A DNA stretch of 64,000 nucleotides from Bacteroidota bacterium (GTDB lineage: Bacteria; Bacteroidota; Bacteroidia; Bacteroidales; TTA-H9), in contig QKGM01000009.1 of the NCBI GenBank assembly GCA_003250395.1, positions 19,788 through 83,787 on the forward strand, written 5' to 3'. Under the pieces are notes generated by a model. It was not told the origin of the DNA, did no database searches, and saw only the letters and a list, made by a program, of their open reading frames with translations. Position 1 is the first letter of the stretch. Each line of letters opens with the position of its first letter. Position numbers and translations under genes: made by a program. Shown piece by piece: positions 9,678 to 19,630 of the stretch.

Positions 9678-10925
9678 TTAATCCAACCCGTGTTCCTTTA
9701 TCTTTCGATAAAGCGTCCGCTCTGAGATACCTAACTCTTTGGCGGCGCTTTTTCGTTTGTTATCATGCTTATGTAAAGCTCGCCTTATCAACTCAATATT
9801 TCGACGTTCAAGCGACAGATTCTCTTCAATCTCTTCTGAATCTGTGATCGGTTCATTTAAATGAGCAGCAATATCTGTGCTAATCTCTATGTGTGGTGGC
9901 CTATCGTTCGTCTCTTCTATCTCATCATCAAAACTCTGATGTTTTAATCTATTTATCACACTGGCATGTGTCGAATATACCTCAGATGTAACTCCACTGT
10001 GGGTAATTATATCTCCAACTAACTTCTTCAACTCACTGATGTCCTTTTTCATGTCAAACAACACCTTGTATAACAAGTCCCGCTCATTGAAATCAATACC
10101 ACTCTGGGGTTTCCCTTTTACCAGTACAGGTAGTTCAGAATAATTATTCTCAGGGAGATAACGATGTAATGTGGTAGCTGATATCTCTCTATTTTGTTCA
10201 ATGATACTGATCTGCTCCGTGATGTTCTTCAACTGTCGTATATTACCAGGCCAACGGTAGCCGGCCAGCATTCTGACAGCCTCCTCCGAAAGATGAATCG
10301 CCGGCATCCTGTACTTTTCTGCAAAGTCGGCAGCAAATTTTCTAAACAACAAATGAATGTCTTCCTTGCGCTCACGCAACGGAGGCATATAGATCGGGAC
10401 CGAGTTCAATCGATAATATAGATCCTGTCTGAAACGACCCTGATTAATGGCATCAGGAATTGTAACATTTGTAGCCGCCACTACTCTAACATTGGTTTTT
10501 ATAACCTTTGATGAGCCTACCTTGATAAACTCCCCTGTTTCCAATACTCTAAGAAGCCTTACCTGAGTCGATAGGGGTAGTTCTGCTACTTCATCCAGGA
10601 AGATGGTACCACCATCTGCCACTTCAAAATAACCTTTACGTGATTCATGTGCTCCTGTAAACGAACCTTTTTCATGACCAAACAACTCAGAATCAATAGT
10701 CCCTTCAGGAATGGCACCACAGTTAACTGCTATATAGGGACCATGCTTTCTCGTACTCAATTGGTGAATAATCTGAGGAAAGACTTCTTTCCCTACACCG
10801 CTTTCACCGGTAATAAGCACAGAAATATCAGTGGGTGCTACCTGCCTAGCTATATCAATAGCCCGCTCAAGTAACACCGAATTACCCATTATCCCGAACC
10901 TATGTTTAATTGACTGTATTTCCAT
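9678..10925 (-). CDS. Sigma-54-dependent transcriptional activator (bEBP) without an N-terminal sensory/receiver domain
   Basis: 415 aa. The AAA+ domain starts within about 10 residues of the N-terminus (Walker A GESGVGKE, sigma-54 contact loop GSFTGA, Walker B IFLDEV). A linker of about 100 aa follows, then a Fis-type HTH (AAKELGISERTLYRKIKEHGL). Confidence 0.85.
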   Translation of the reverse strand: MEIQSIKHRFGIMGNSVLLERAIDIARQVAPTDISVLITGESGVGKEVFPQIIHQLSTRKHGPYIAVNCGAIPEGTIDSELFGHEKGSFTGAHESRKGYFEVADGGTIFLDEVAELPLSTQVRLLRVLETGEFIKVGSSKVIKTNVRVVAATNVTIPDAINQGRFRQDLYYRLNSVPIYMPPLRERKEDIHLLFRKFAADFAEKYRMPAIHLSEEAVRMLAGYRWPGNIRQLKNITEQISIIEQNREISATTLHRYLPENNYSELPVLVKGKPQSGIDFNERDLLYKVLFDMKKDISELKKLVGDIITHSGVTSEVYSTHASVINRLKHQSFDDEIEETNDRPPHIEISTDIAAHLNEPITDSEEIEENLSLERRNIELIRRALHKHDNKRKSAAKELGISERTLYRKIKEHGLD

Positions 10926-10960
10926 ATCTATGTTTTTTCAGATGCAAACAAATCCTGATG

Positions 10961-10968
10961 CAAAGATA
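10961..10968 (-). promoter_or_regulatory. -7 box (TATCTTTG) for the sigma-54 activator gene
   Basis: Plus-strand CAAAGATA, 36 nt upstream of ATG 10925 and downstream of the pheT terminator. Confidence 0.5.
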
Positions 10969-11040
10969 CTGAATTGCTCCTGACACATTGGCAGTAAATT
11001 TTCGAAAGCCATTACCAAACTGTTCAATCACCCTTTCTTT

Positions 11041-11081
11041 TCAAATAAAAAGGCGCAAAAAGTGTTGACTTTTTGCGCCTT
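11041..11081 (-). terminator. Intrinsic terminator of pheT
   Basis: 13-14 bp perfect stem (11050-11063 pairs with 11068-11081, AAGGCGCAAAAAGT / ACTTTTTGCGCCTT), 4-nt loop, then TTTTATTT on the minus strand. It begins 20 nt after the pheT stop. Confidence 0.85.
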
Positions 11082-11100
11082 AAAGTATCAAATTTAAAGA

Positions 11101-13566
11101 TTATCGCCTGACTGAAGCTCCATATTTTGATTCAAAGGCCTTGATCAATCTTTCCATCACACGTTCGATCATTTGATCGGTAAGAGTTTTTTCCGTATCA
11201 AGAAGGGTGAAGGTCATAGCATAGGATTTCTTATCTGCCCCAATCTTTTCTCCTTCATAAATATCAAAAAGTGATACATGTTTGAGAAGCCCAGGCTCTG
11301 TCTGGTATGCCAATTCTTCGAGAGAAGAATACGTAACCCCTTTATCTATCACAAGAGCCAGGTCACGTTTCACTTCCGGGAAACGTGGAAGTTCTTTAAA
11401 CTTAATGCTTCCGTTTTGGTGATAGCGGAGCAATTTTTCCCAATAGAGCTCGCCATATACAACACCTTGCCTTAGATCAAAATAACGTAATATATCAGGG
11501 CATATCAAACCCAGAGAGCCCAGTCTCTCGCGCTTGTATGTAAAATCTATACCTTGCGAGAACATAGGGTGTTCGCTGGATACCATCTTAAGTTTAAGCA
11601 AGTCAAAACCTAGTACACTTAATACCCGTTTTACATGAGAGTGGACAAAATAGAAATCGCCTTCTGAAGCACTTCCTTTCCATGTATTTTTAGTAACCGA
11701 TCCAGTTACAAAGATAGATAGCATTAACTCCTCATTAAAACGATCCGTCACCAACGCATTAACAGGGAGCTCAGGATTTCGTTTGTATATTTTACCAAAC
11801 TCGTATAATTTCAGGTTACTGCGTTTTCGATTCTGGTTAAGAAGAATAGTTTCCAGACCGCTAAAAAGCAAGGTCTGCCTCATTACATTCAATTCCCGCG
11901 AAAGCGGGTTAGCCAGATCAACGCTCCTTTGTGTGTCAATCCACGGGAAATCGGCTGCATATTGAGCTTTAGATAACGAGAGGGTCATGATTTCGTTGAA
12001 GCCATTGCTGGACAACTGATCTGAAATCTTATTACGCAACTTCTCAGAATCAGGCTTTTGGCTAAACGAAAAGGAGGCAGAGAAGCGACTACCAATTTCA
12101 ATATTATTGTATCCATAGATTCTCAGTATCTCTTCGGTCACATCAGCCTCCCGAGTTACATCAATACGGTATGCCGGTGCCTCTAACAGAAGCTGATCTC
12201 CAACCTTTTCAAGTATCTTGAAATCGAGCGACTCCAAAATAACTAACACCTTCTCATCCGGAATCCGCTTTCCAATTAAAGCTGCTACACGAATCAGATC
12301 AACCTGAATATTGGCAGGTTTGAAAGGTTTGGAAACCACATCTATGATTTCCGACGACACCATTCCACCTGTCACTTCACATATCAACAATGCTGCTCTC
12401 TTAAGAATATCAACTGTTGTGGTAGGATCAACGCCACGTTCAAACCTGAATGAGGCATCTGTATGCAATCCATGATATTTTGATGTACGCCTGATTGTAC
12501 CAGGATCAAAACATGCGCTTTCCAAAAAAATTGAGGTAGTGGAATCATTCACGCCACTCTTCAATCCACCGAAAACGCCTCCGATACACATCGGTTCATC
12601 ACCATTACAGATCATAAGATCCTCATCAGTTAAAGTTCGTTCAATGCCATCAAGGGTAACAAACTTAGTCCCAGAGGCCAATTTCTTTACAACTACTTTT
12701 CCGGAAGTAATTCCCGAAGCATCAAAAGCATGTAGTGGTTGGCCCGATTCCATCAAGATGAAATTGGTAATATCAACGACATTATTAATTGGCCTTATTC
12801 CGGCTGCCAATAAAAAATTCCTGAGCCAGTCTGGTGATGGGGCAATCCTGATCCCGGTGATGGTTACTCCCGCATATCTGGGGCAAGCTTCACCAGCAGG
12901 CACCTCAACATCGATTTCAAGGTTATGATTATGTACCTTAAACAAATCAATGGCAGGCAACTTCAATTTCCCTGATGCCGGGTGATCCCTGCTTATTAAT
13001 GCCGCATTAAGATCCCGTGCTACACCAATATGAGATGTAGCATCTGTTCGGTTAGGGGTTAATCCTATTTCAAATACATAGTCATCCTTAATATTGAAAT
13101 ATTCTTTAGCCATTACACCAACTGGTGCCCCTTCAGGAAGAACCAGTATCCCTGCATGCGACACCCCTAGCCCAAGCTCATCCTCAGCACAAATCATCCC
13201 TTCTGAAAGTTCGCCCCTGATCTTTGAACGTTTAATTACCAATGGATCATCCTTAAAATACAGGGTAGCACCTATAGTGGCAACTGCCACCTTCTGCCCG
13301 GCGGCTACATTGGGTGCTCCGCAAACAATATGAAGAGGCTCACCATTTCCAATATCGACTGTTGTAAGACTAAGATGATCCGAATTAGGATGCTTTGTGC
13401 AGGTTAGTACCTCCCCTATAACGATCCCGGCCAACCCCCCTTTTACAGATTCAATCTTCTCAATCCCTTCTACCTCAAGCCCGCTATCGGTGAGGAGCTG
13501 GGCTACTTCTTTTGCATCAAGCTGAATGTCAAGATACTGCCTGAGCCATTTGTATGATATCTTCAT
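11101..13566 (-). CDS. pheT: Phenylalanine-tRNA ligase beta subunit
   Basis: 821 aa. MKISYKWLRQYLDI start, tRNA-binding, B3/4, B5 and FDX-ACB domains recognisable by eye. Confidence 0.95.
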   Translation of the reverse strand: MKISYKWLRQYLDIQLDAKEVAQLLTDSGLEVEGIEKIESVKGGLAGIVIGEVLTCTKHPNSDHLSLTTVDIGNGEPLHIVCGAPNVAAGQKVAVATIGATLYFKDDPLVIKRSKIRGELSEGMICAEDELGLGVSHAGILVLPEGAPVGVMAKEYFNIKDDYVFEIGLTPNRTDATSHIGVARDLNAALISRDHPASGKLKLPAIDLFKVHNHNLEIDVEVPAGEACPRYAGVTITGIRIAPSPDWLRNFLLAAGIRPINNVVDITNFILMESGQPLHAFDASGITSGKVVVKKLASGTKFVTLDGIERTLTDEDLMICNGDEPMCIGGVFGGLKSGVNDSTTSIFLESACFDPGTIRRTSKYHGLHTDASFRFERGVDPTTTVDILKRAALLICEVTGGMVSSEIIDVVSKPFKPANIQVDLIRVAALIGKRIPDEKVLVILESLDFKILEKVGDQLLLEAPAYRIDVTREADVTEEILRIYGYNNIEIGSRFSASFSFSQKPDSEKLRNKISDQLSSNGFNEIMTLSLSKAQYAADFPWIDTQRSVDLANPLSRELNVMRQTLLFSGLETILLNQNRKRSNLKLYEFGKIYKRNPELPVNALVTDRFNEELMLSIFVTGSVTKNTWKGSASEGDFYFVHSHVKRVLSVLGFDLLKLKMVSSEHPMFSQGIDFTYKRERLGSLGLICPDILRYFDLRQGVVYGELYWEKLLRYHQNGSIKFKELPRFPEVKRDLALVIDKGVTYSSLEELAYQTEPGLLKHVSLFDIYEGEKIGADKKSYAMTFTLLDTEKTLTDQMIERVMERLIKAFESKYGASVRR

Positions 13567-13597
13567 ATTGGAATTTTTTCACTGAATGATAAGCTGG

Positions 13598-13605
13598 CAA
13601 AGTTA
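13598..13605 (-). promoter_or_regulatory. -7 box (TAACTTTG) for pheT
   Basis: Plus-strand CAAAGTTA, 32 nt upstream of ATG 13566. Confidence 0.5.
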
Positions 13606-13647
13606 CAGATTTCCAGCCAAGCATTGGAAAATTGTCCAGATAAGTTT

Positions 13648-15753
13648 TTAACTGATTTTACTCCAATTTCGCTGAACCGAAGTCAACTCAACCAACCTGT
13701 CGTGAAGCGCCCGATGTTCTGGTAACAACAACTCAGGATCGATTGCAAGAATGTCTATAGCAGACTGCCTGGCAGCTTCAATTACACGTCCGTCTGTTGT
13801 AATATCAGCTATATGCAACTCAATGGCTCCACTTTGCCTGGTTCCTTTCAGATCGCCAGGCCCTCGTATCTGAAGGTCTGCTTCAGCAATCTCAAATCCA
13901 TCAGTAGTTCGGACCATCGTATCTATACGTTGACGAGCCTCAGTTGAAATTTTATCCTTTGTCATCAGAATACAATAGGATTGGTCTGCACCTCGCCCAA
14001 CCCTCCCCCGTAACTGATGCAACTGCGACAATCCAAATCGCTCGGCATTTTCAATCACCATAACAGAAGCATTTGGAACATCGACCCCGACTTCTATAAC
14101 GGTGGTTGCTACCATGATCTGGGTCTCTCCTTTCACAAACCGCTTCATTTCATATTCCTTTTCGTCTGATTTCAATTGCCCGTGAACGATACTGACGGCA
14201 TACTCAGGCAAAGGAAACTCCCGGCTGATCGCTTCAAAGCCATCCTGAATATCTTTCAAATCGAGAGACTCTGACTCATAAATCAACGGAAAAACTACAT
14301 AAACCTGTCGCCCCTTTGCAATTTCCTGTCGCATAAAAGAGAATACCCTGAGCCGGGCAGAATCGGTAAAATGCCTGGTAGTGACAGGTTTTCTGCCAGG
14401 TGGTAATTCATCGATCACACTATAATCCAGGTCACCATAAAAAGCCATCGCCATTGTTCTGGGGATAGGTGTGGCTGTCATTACCAGAATATGAGGCGGG
14501 GGTACGCTTTTTCTCCACATTGCAGCCCTCTGTTCTACGCCAAACCGATGTTGCTCATCAATTACCACAAGCCCTAGTTGTTTAAACACAACCGGGTCTT
14601 CCAAAATTGCATGCGTCCCAACTATAATCTGTAATTCTCCAGAAGCCAGATTACGTAATATGGGGCTTCTGGCAGATTGTTTAATACTACCAGTAAGTAA
14701 AGCTATATTTACACCTATCTGGTCAGCCCATTTTTTAAGGGTCTGGAAATGCTGATTAGCCAGTATCTCAGTAGGAGCAAGCAAACATGCCTGAAAGCCG
14801 TTGTCTATGGCAATTAACATACAAAACAAGGCAACCATGGTCTTCCCGCTTCCCACATCCCCTTGTAAAAGACGGTTCATCTGGTGCCCCCCTGACAGAT
14901 CAGTACGTATTTCCCGAATTACTCTCTTTTGAGCTCCGGTCAGCGGGAATGGGAGTACTTCGTTATAGAACCGGTTAAATGACTCTCCTACCCTGGGGAA
15001 ATGATGGCCTCGGCTGGAAGCTTGTCGATGAAGTTTCTGCCTGATAAACTCAAGCTGAATAAAGAATAATTCCTCAAACTTAAGCCGCCGGGTGGCCTGA
15101 TGAAGATGTATTTCATTTTGAGGAAAATGAATCCCAAGATATGCATCCCTACGATCAATCAGTCTAAATCTCTGCAGAAGGGAAATTGGTAACGTCTCCT
15201 GTATCTCGTAATAAACAGTTTGAATCAGTGTCTGTATTGTTCTGGCTATCCCTTTGCTATCCAAACCATGTGCTTTCATTTTCTCCGAAGAATTATACAC
15301 TGGTTGCATCTTTAGAACAGTTGATCCTGCCTCTCCGGTTACTTCCTCCAATTCGGGATGAGCGATATTGTATCGACCATTAAAGTATGCTGGTTTACCA
15401 TAGATTATATACTCTTTACCCTGTTTCAGTTTCGCTTTTGCCCACCGAATACCCTGAAACCAGATTAGCTCCAGTGTACCGGTTTCATCGCCTGCAATTA
15501 CAGACAAACGCATCCCCCTGCCAGAACCTGATAACTGTATCTGCAAAATCTTCGCTTTGACCTGAACAATATTCATGTCGGAATTGATATCGCATATACG
15601 ATGAAATATTGTACGGTCTATATAACGAAACGGGAATACCTGCAGCAGATCGGCAAAGTAGGTAACGTTAAGCTCCTCCTTTAGCATCTGAGCTCTTGAA
15701 GGGCCAACACCTTTAAGGTATTCAACCGGAGTATCGAGAATCGTACCACGCAT
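13648..15753 (-). CDS. recG: ATP-dependent DNA helicase RecG
   Basis: 701 aa. Wedge domain plus SF2 helicase motifs (GDVGSGKT, DEQHRFG, QLRGRVGRG). Confidence 0.95.
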   Translation of the reverse strand: MRGTILDTPVEYLKGVGPSRAQMLKEELNVTYFADLLQVFPFRYIDRTIFHRICDINSDMNIVQVKAKILQIQLSGSGRGMRLSVIAGDETGTLELIWFQGIRWAKAKLKQGKEYIIYGKPAYFNGRYNIAHPELEEVTGEAGSTVLKMQPVYNSSEKMKAHGLDSKGIARTIQTLIQTVYYEIQETLPISLLQRFRLIDRRDAYLGIHFPQNEIHLHQATRRLKFEELFFIQLEFIRQKLHRQASSRGHHFPRVGESFNRFYNEVLPFPLTGAQKRVIREIRTDLSGGHQMNRLLQGDVGSGKTMVALFCMLIAIDNGFQACLLAPTEILANQHFQTLKKWADQIGVNIALLTGSIKQSARSPILRNLASGELQIIVGTHAILEDPVVFKQLGLVVIDEQHRFGVEQRAAMWRKSVPPPHILVMTATPIPRTMAMAFYGDLDYSVIDELPPGRKPVTTRHFTDSARLRVFSFMRQEIAKGRQVYVVFPLIYESESLDLKDIQDGFEAISREFPLPEYAVSIVHGQLKSDEKEYEMKRFVKGETQIMVATTVIEVGVDVPNASVMVIENAERFGLSQLHQLRGRVGRGADQSYCILMTKDKISTEARQRIDTMVRTTDGFEIAEADLQIRGPGDLKGTRQSGAIELHIADITTDGRVIEAARQSAIDILAIDPELLLPEHRALHDRLVELTSVQRNWSKIS

Positions 15754-15783
15754 CTGACAAAGATAATCCGGATAAACAGAACG

Positions 15784-15821
15784 ACAAAAAAAGAGTCCTG
15801 TGCACTACACACAGGACTCTT
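15784..15821 (-). terminator. Intrinsic terminator of the porP-gldKLMN operon
   Basis: 12-bp perfect stem (15791-15802 AAGAGTCCTGTG pairs with 15810-15821), 7-nt loop, then T7-8 on the minus strand. It lies 22 nt after the gldN stop. Confidence 0.9.
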
Positions 15822-15842
15822 CCAGAAATATGAATAAAAATT

Positions 15843-16712
15843 CTAGTACTCCCAAAGATCATGTTCGAACTGAAAAATCTCCTGCTTGATTTTCTCCGAT
15901 TCGAGTAAAGCATCCAAACCGTTGGTGTATTGCGATATCTGACGATCGTATACATTCTCAACCTTATAAATATAGGAAGCAAATTTACGTTTCAGGAAAA
16001 AGTCATCATACGAAATCCTGCCGGCATCATTTCTTTCATTATAAATTTCCTGATTACATAACCAATGACGGGCTTCAGGATAATAAACCCAGAAAATTGT
16101 AAGATCAGTTTTTGACTGCATCCGCAATTTATTCTCTGCATGTAGTTCACGCTCATCGATAACAAGCCCGAGTGCCAGAATCCTGCAATCCATCTGTGAC
16201 CGCTTTTTATCAAAGAACCAGTCTTCAACTACTTTTACGGCACAGATATGACGGGGCTGAATCTTCACGGTATCAAACTCTTTACTTCCGTCAGCCGCTG
16301 TCACAGCAATAAAATGACGCATAGTCGAAGATGTATCAAATTGCGCTACATCAGCGAAAGGCTGTATGAACTCTTCATCATTAAAAACCCGAAGTGTGTT
16401 TGTTCCAAAAGGAGTTGTTGCACGCGGTGTTCTAATGGCATCAGTCAGCACGTTAAACAAACTTCTGCGGCCACGGGTTGGCTCCAACGGAAAATATAAA
16501 GGAGCATTGGCTCTTTCGCGCAGGTTTATATACCGCCATACCCGTTTAGAATACATTACATCAGATTCCTGAACGGCAGGCAGGGGTATCGGAACCCTGT
16601 TGGAAACCCTGATCTTCTGCCAGGAAGAATTAACCGGCGAAACTACCGATTGGGCACTGGCGCAAGACAGCCATCCAAAAAATATCGCGAAAACAAGAAT
16701 CAATTTATTCAT
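15843..16712 (-). CDS. gldN: T9SS/gliding motility protein GldN (PorN)
   Basis: 289 aa with a signal peptide. Last gene of the gldKLMN block, followed by a strong terminator. Sequence is GldN-like (VWRYINLRERAN..., WFFDKKRS...). Confidence 0.85.
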   Translation of the reverse strand: MNKLILVFAIFFGWLSCASAQSVVSPVNSSWQKIRVSNRVPIPLPAVQESDVMYSKRVWRYINLRERANAPLYFPLEPTRGRRSLFNVLTDAIRTPRATTPFGTNTLRVFNDEEFIQPFADVAQFDTSSTMRHFIAVTAADGSKEFDTVKIQPRHICAVKVVEDWFFDKKRSQMDCRILALGLVIDERELHAENKLRMQSKTDLTIFWVYYPEARHWLCNQEIYNERNDAGRISYDDFFLKRKFASYIYKVENVYDRQISQYTNGLDALLESEKIKQEIFQFEHDLWEY

Positions 16713-16722
16713 AACTAATAAT

Positions 16723-18351
16723 TTACAAAATATTTAGATAGAATCCTGAAACGATTTCTGCCTTGGTTGATCCTTTTCTGCGTACCTGAATATTTTCGAA
16801 GTGAACGGTCGACCCAGACCTTAATCTGTCGATTACATTCGTCCTGACATCGGCAGGAATAAAAGCACCTGACACGTTTCGCTTTACACGTTCGCCATTA
16901 ACTGTTGTTGACAGATCAAACGACAGCACATCATACTCAAGTCCGTCAAACAAGAAGTCGATTAAAACAGCTTTCAACTCAGAACGTTTAAGAGCATCAA
17001 TTGAAACAGATCCACCATTTTGCCTGTTAGCCATTACGATAGTTGGAGCAGGCACTTTACGTACTTTAAATATCTTCGATGACATCTCTGATACCTTACC
17101 ATCTTCTTTTCTGATCGAAACAGTAATAGTAACAGGTGTTGTATTGGTAGGTTTGAACAGGAACTGACCGGCACCGTTTGGCTTTGGAGTTCCAACACCA
17201 CCACCGGTAGCATTAACAATAACTTTTTCGGCAGGGTAACCAGGTACAGAAACCGACACAGGATTATCAAGATCTTCATAAAGAACAGATACCTTATCCG
17301 GTGAAATGACAGCTACAGATTCCTGAACAAAGAAAGAACCTCCGAAATTATATTCAACCGGTTCGCCCATGGGATCCATGAGGCTGATAACTCCGGCATA
17401 CTTCCGTTCACCAAATGCCATTCCGGCGGTTCCTATTTTCATCATAACCATCCCGTTTTCACCTGCTACCTTTGTTCCGCCAGATCCACCGGGCCATTTA
17501 TCTGTACCAGTAATGTATCGAACATCGGGGGCAGCAATAGTATCATATGCAGCGACCAGAACTTCTGCTTCAAAGACTTCACCCTTGAAAAGAAATTCTT
17601 TCTTGGGAATTACGCGTGCGGCAATAGCGTTGAATTTAAAATCGGTTGCACCAACATAGCTGCTCAATCTCGTAACTACATCAAATTCAGCATTTCTGAC
17701 TTCATTGATAAACTTGTTGAGCAAAACCATATCAGCTGCAAAAATGGTATGATAAAAATTGTAATTTGACCAATCTTTAGAAACACCTTCAGCATCCATA
17801 AATTTGCCTTCTGTTTTAAGACCGATCTGATTAGCCATAGCTTCCTGATGTTCGGGCTTAACAAGGCTGATCATGGCAGCACGATATTCCTGAAACTTCC
17901 TCATCATTTCATCTCCGGCTGATTTCTTTGTCAAATCACCGCCTACACTGCCAATAAAAAAATTAGTTCCCTTTTCATAATCATCCTTCGATTCAAACCA
18001 CCGAAGAGTAACAGTATCAGGGCGCTGATTTTCGGGATCATACAATTTAATCAATTTAAACCGGGTGTCCTGAATATAGGCTATCGCTTCATCAGATAGC
18101 CGTTTGGCTTCTATAGCTTTCTGATAGTATGCTTCAGCTTCATCTCCGGCAGTAGCTGCTTTCTGACCAAATTGTGTATAGGTGTCTGCAAGTTTTTTCT
18201 CAAAGTTTGCAGTTGTAACCTCCATACTATCATTTACGATAACGAAGGCGTTAAGAATGTCCTTTGAGACGTTGAGTGCCAATAATGCAGTAAGAACCAG
18301 GTACATCATACCTATCATCTTCTGCCTCGGGGTTTCTTTAAATCCAGCCAT
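16723..18351 (-). CDS. gldM: T9SS/gliding motility protein GldM (PorM)
   Basis: 542 aa. The N-terminus MAGFKETPRQKMIGMMYLVLTALLALNVSKDIL is the hallmark GldM TM helix with its conserved Arg. Confidence 0.9.
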   Translation of the reverse strand: MAGFKETPRQKMIGMMYLVLTALLALNVSKDILNAFVIVNDSMEVTTANFEKKLADTYTQFGQKAATAGDEAEAYYQKAIEAKRLSDEAIAYIQDTRFKLIKLYDPENQRPDTVTLRWFESKDDYEKGTNFFIGSVGGDLTKKSAGDEMMRKFQEYRAAMISLVKPEHQEAMANQIGLKTEGKFMDAEGVSKDWSNYNFYHTIFAADMVLLNKFINEVRNAEFDVVTRLSSYVGATDFKFNAIAARVIPKKEFLFKGEVFEAEVLVAAYDTIAAPDVRYITGTDKWPGGSGGTKVAGENGMVMMKIGTAGMAFGERKYAGVISLMDPMGEPVEYNFGGSFFVQESVAVISPDKVSVLYEDLDNPVSVSVPGYPAEKVIVNATGGGVGTPKPNGAGQFLFKPTNTTPVTITVSIRKEDGKVSEMSSKIFKVRKVPAPTIVMANRQNGGSVSIDALKRSELKAVLIDFLFDGLEYDVLSFDLSTTVNGERVKRNVSGAFIPADVRTNVIDRLRSGSTVHFENIQVRRKGSTKAEIVSGFYLNIL

Positions 18352-18386
18352 ACTATGTCTTTTTATTAATTAAACATTGCAGCTGC

Positions 18387-19580
18387 TTAGCCCTGACGTA
18401 CACTCATTGCAGAGAGCATATTGCCGTAAATACTATTCAGTTTTGTGATATTGCTTGTCAGCAGGTCGGCCTGCTTTTGATAATTAGAAGCTTGTTCGAT
18501 AGATTTCTTCATTTGATCGAGATACAGTTGCATTGCAGCCTGAATATCGCTCGATGTTTTTGTTTGTGAAGCAGTTCCGGCCATCTGTTGATCCAGTGAT
18601 TTCTGCAACGCCAGAAAAGTCTGATTCAATTTGGCAGTGTTATTAGCAGCTTCAGTCATTGAAGCCAGGTACATATCGGTAACCTTACGTGTCTGATCAC
18701 CTGTCTGATTAGTACTCTGAGAATTCTTGATCTGTACTTCATATAATGCGTTCAGAGCAGTAAGATTCTTTGTAACTACCTGCATCTGGTTAGCATACGA
18801 CTCGCTATTACTAACAGATAACTGGATCGTTTGAGATGCTTTCGCGAATGATTCAGCAGACCCGGTAAACTTTTCAACCATTTCACCAGCAGCACGTGTA
18901 GCCGTTGTAAGATTTTGTTTCAACTCCTGATGAGCTTTCATCTCCTGGCTCATAGTTTCCGAAACGCTATTGTACACGGTATTCAATTGCTGGGTACTCT
19001 TGGCAATGCCCTGAAGGTTATCAAGGTGTAGCTTAGAAACCTCTTCTTCACGCTGTAATGTCTCACTGGTTTGAGCGTAAGCTTTAGAAAGATTCCCAAC
19101 CTGTGTAGTTGCCTGTTTCAAATTACCAACGAATTCGCTGTTTACAGCAGCAGCATCGGCCATTGAGTTCAAATTCTTTGCAGTATTGGTAAACGATCGT
19201 AATCCTTCACCCAAACTTTTAATTAATGCCGGATCTATATCAGCTTCAGCAAACATTTCATCAAGTTTCTCAGTCGCAGTACCAGACTTTTCATATTCCT
19301 CTTCCAAAGGTGAAGGAATTGTATCATCACCATGGTACATACCTGCCAATTCAGGATAAACAAGACTCCAATCAGGCTCGACGTGAGGTTTCTCAAAAGC
19401 AGAGAAGAAAAAGATAACGGCTTCTGTAATCAGGCCAATAAATAACATTTCATTGGCACCCTTTATATGCGTAATCTTAAAAAGTGCTCCGACAATAACA
19501 ACTGAAGCTCCCCAACCATAGAGCTTTCCCATGAAATTTTTATAGCCCCTGCTCTCAACAATTTTTTGTAACTTGTTCAT
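18387..19580 (-). CDS. gldL: T9SS/gliding motility protein GldL (PorL), long-form
   Basis: 397 aa. Two N-terminal TM helices (GWGASVVIVGALFKI and MLFIGLITEAVIFFFSAFE, with the intramembrane Glu). These are followed by about 320 aa of Q/N/S/T/A-rich coiled-coil-like sequence. Confidence 0.85.
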   Translation of the reverse strand: MNKLQKIVESRGYKNFMGKLYGWGASVVIVGALFKITHIKGANEMLFIGLITEAVIFFFSAFEKPHVEPDWSLVYPELAGMYHGDDTIPSPLEEEYEKSGTATEKLDEMFAEADIDPALIKSLGEGLRSFTNTAKNLNSMADAAAVNSEFVGNLKQATTQVGNLSKAYAQTSETLQREEEVSKLHLDNLQGIAKSTQQLNTVYNSVSETMSQEMKAHQELKQNLTTATRAAGEMVEKFTGSAESFAKASQTIQLSVSNSESYANQMQVVTKNLTALNALYEVQIKNSQSTNQTGDQTRKVTDMYLASMTEAANNTAKLNQTFLALQKSLDQQMAGTASQTKTSSDIQAAMQLYLDQMKKSIEQASNYQKQADLLTSNITKLNSIYGNMLSAMSVRQG

Positions 19581-19630
19581 TTGATCCGATTTATTTTGAT
19601 TTGTACGTAATTTATTTCGCCTTCATGTGC

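Noticed and set aside
15758-15765. TATCTTTG -7-like box only 5 nt upstream of the recG ATG
   Set aside because: It is too close for a normal leader and would imply a leaderless or internally initiated transcript. It could be chance, so I left it unannotated pending TSS data.
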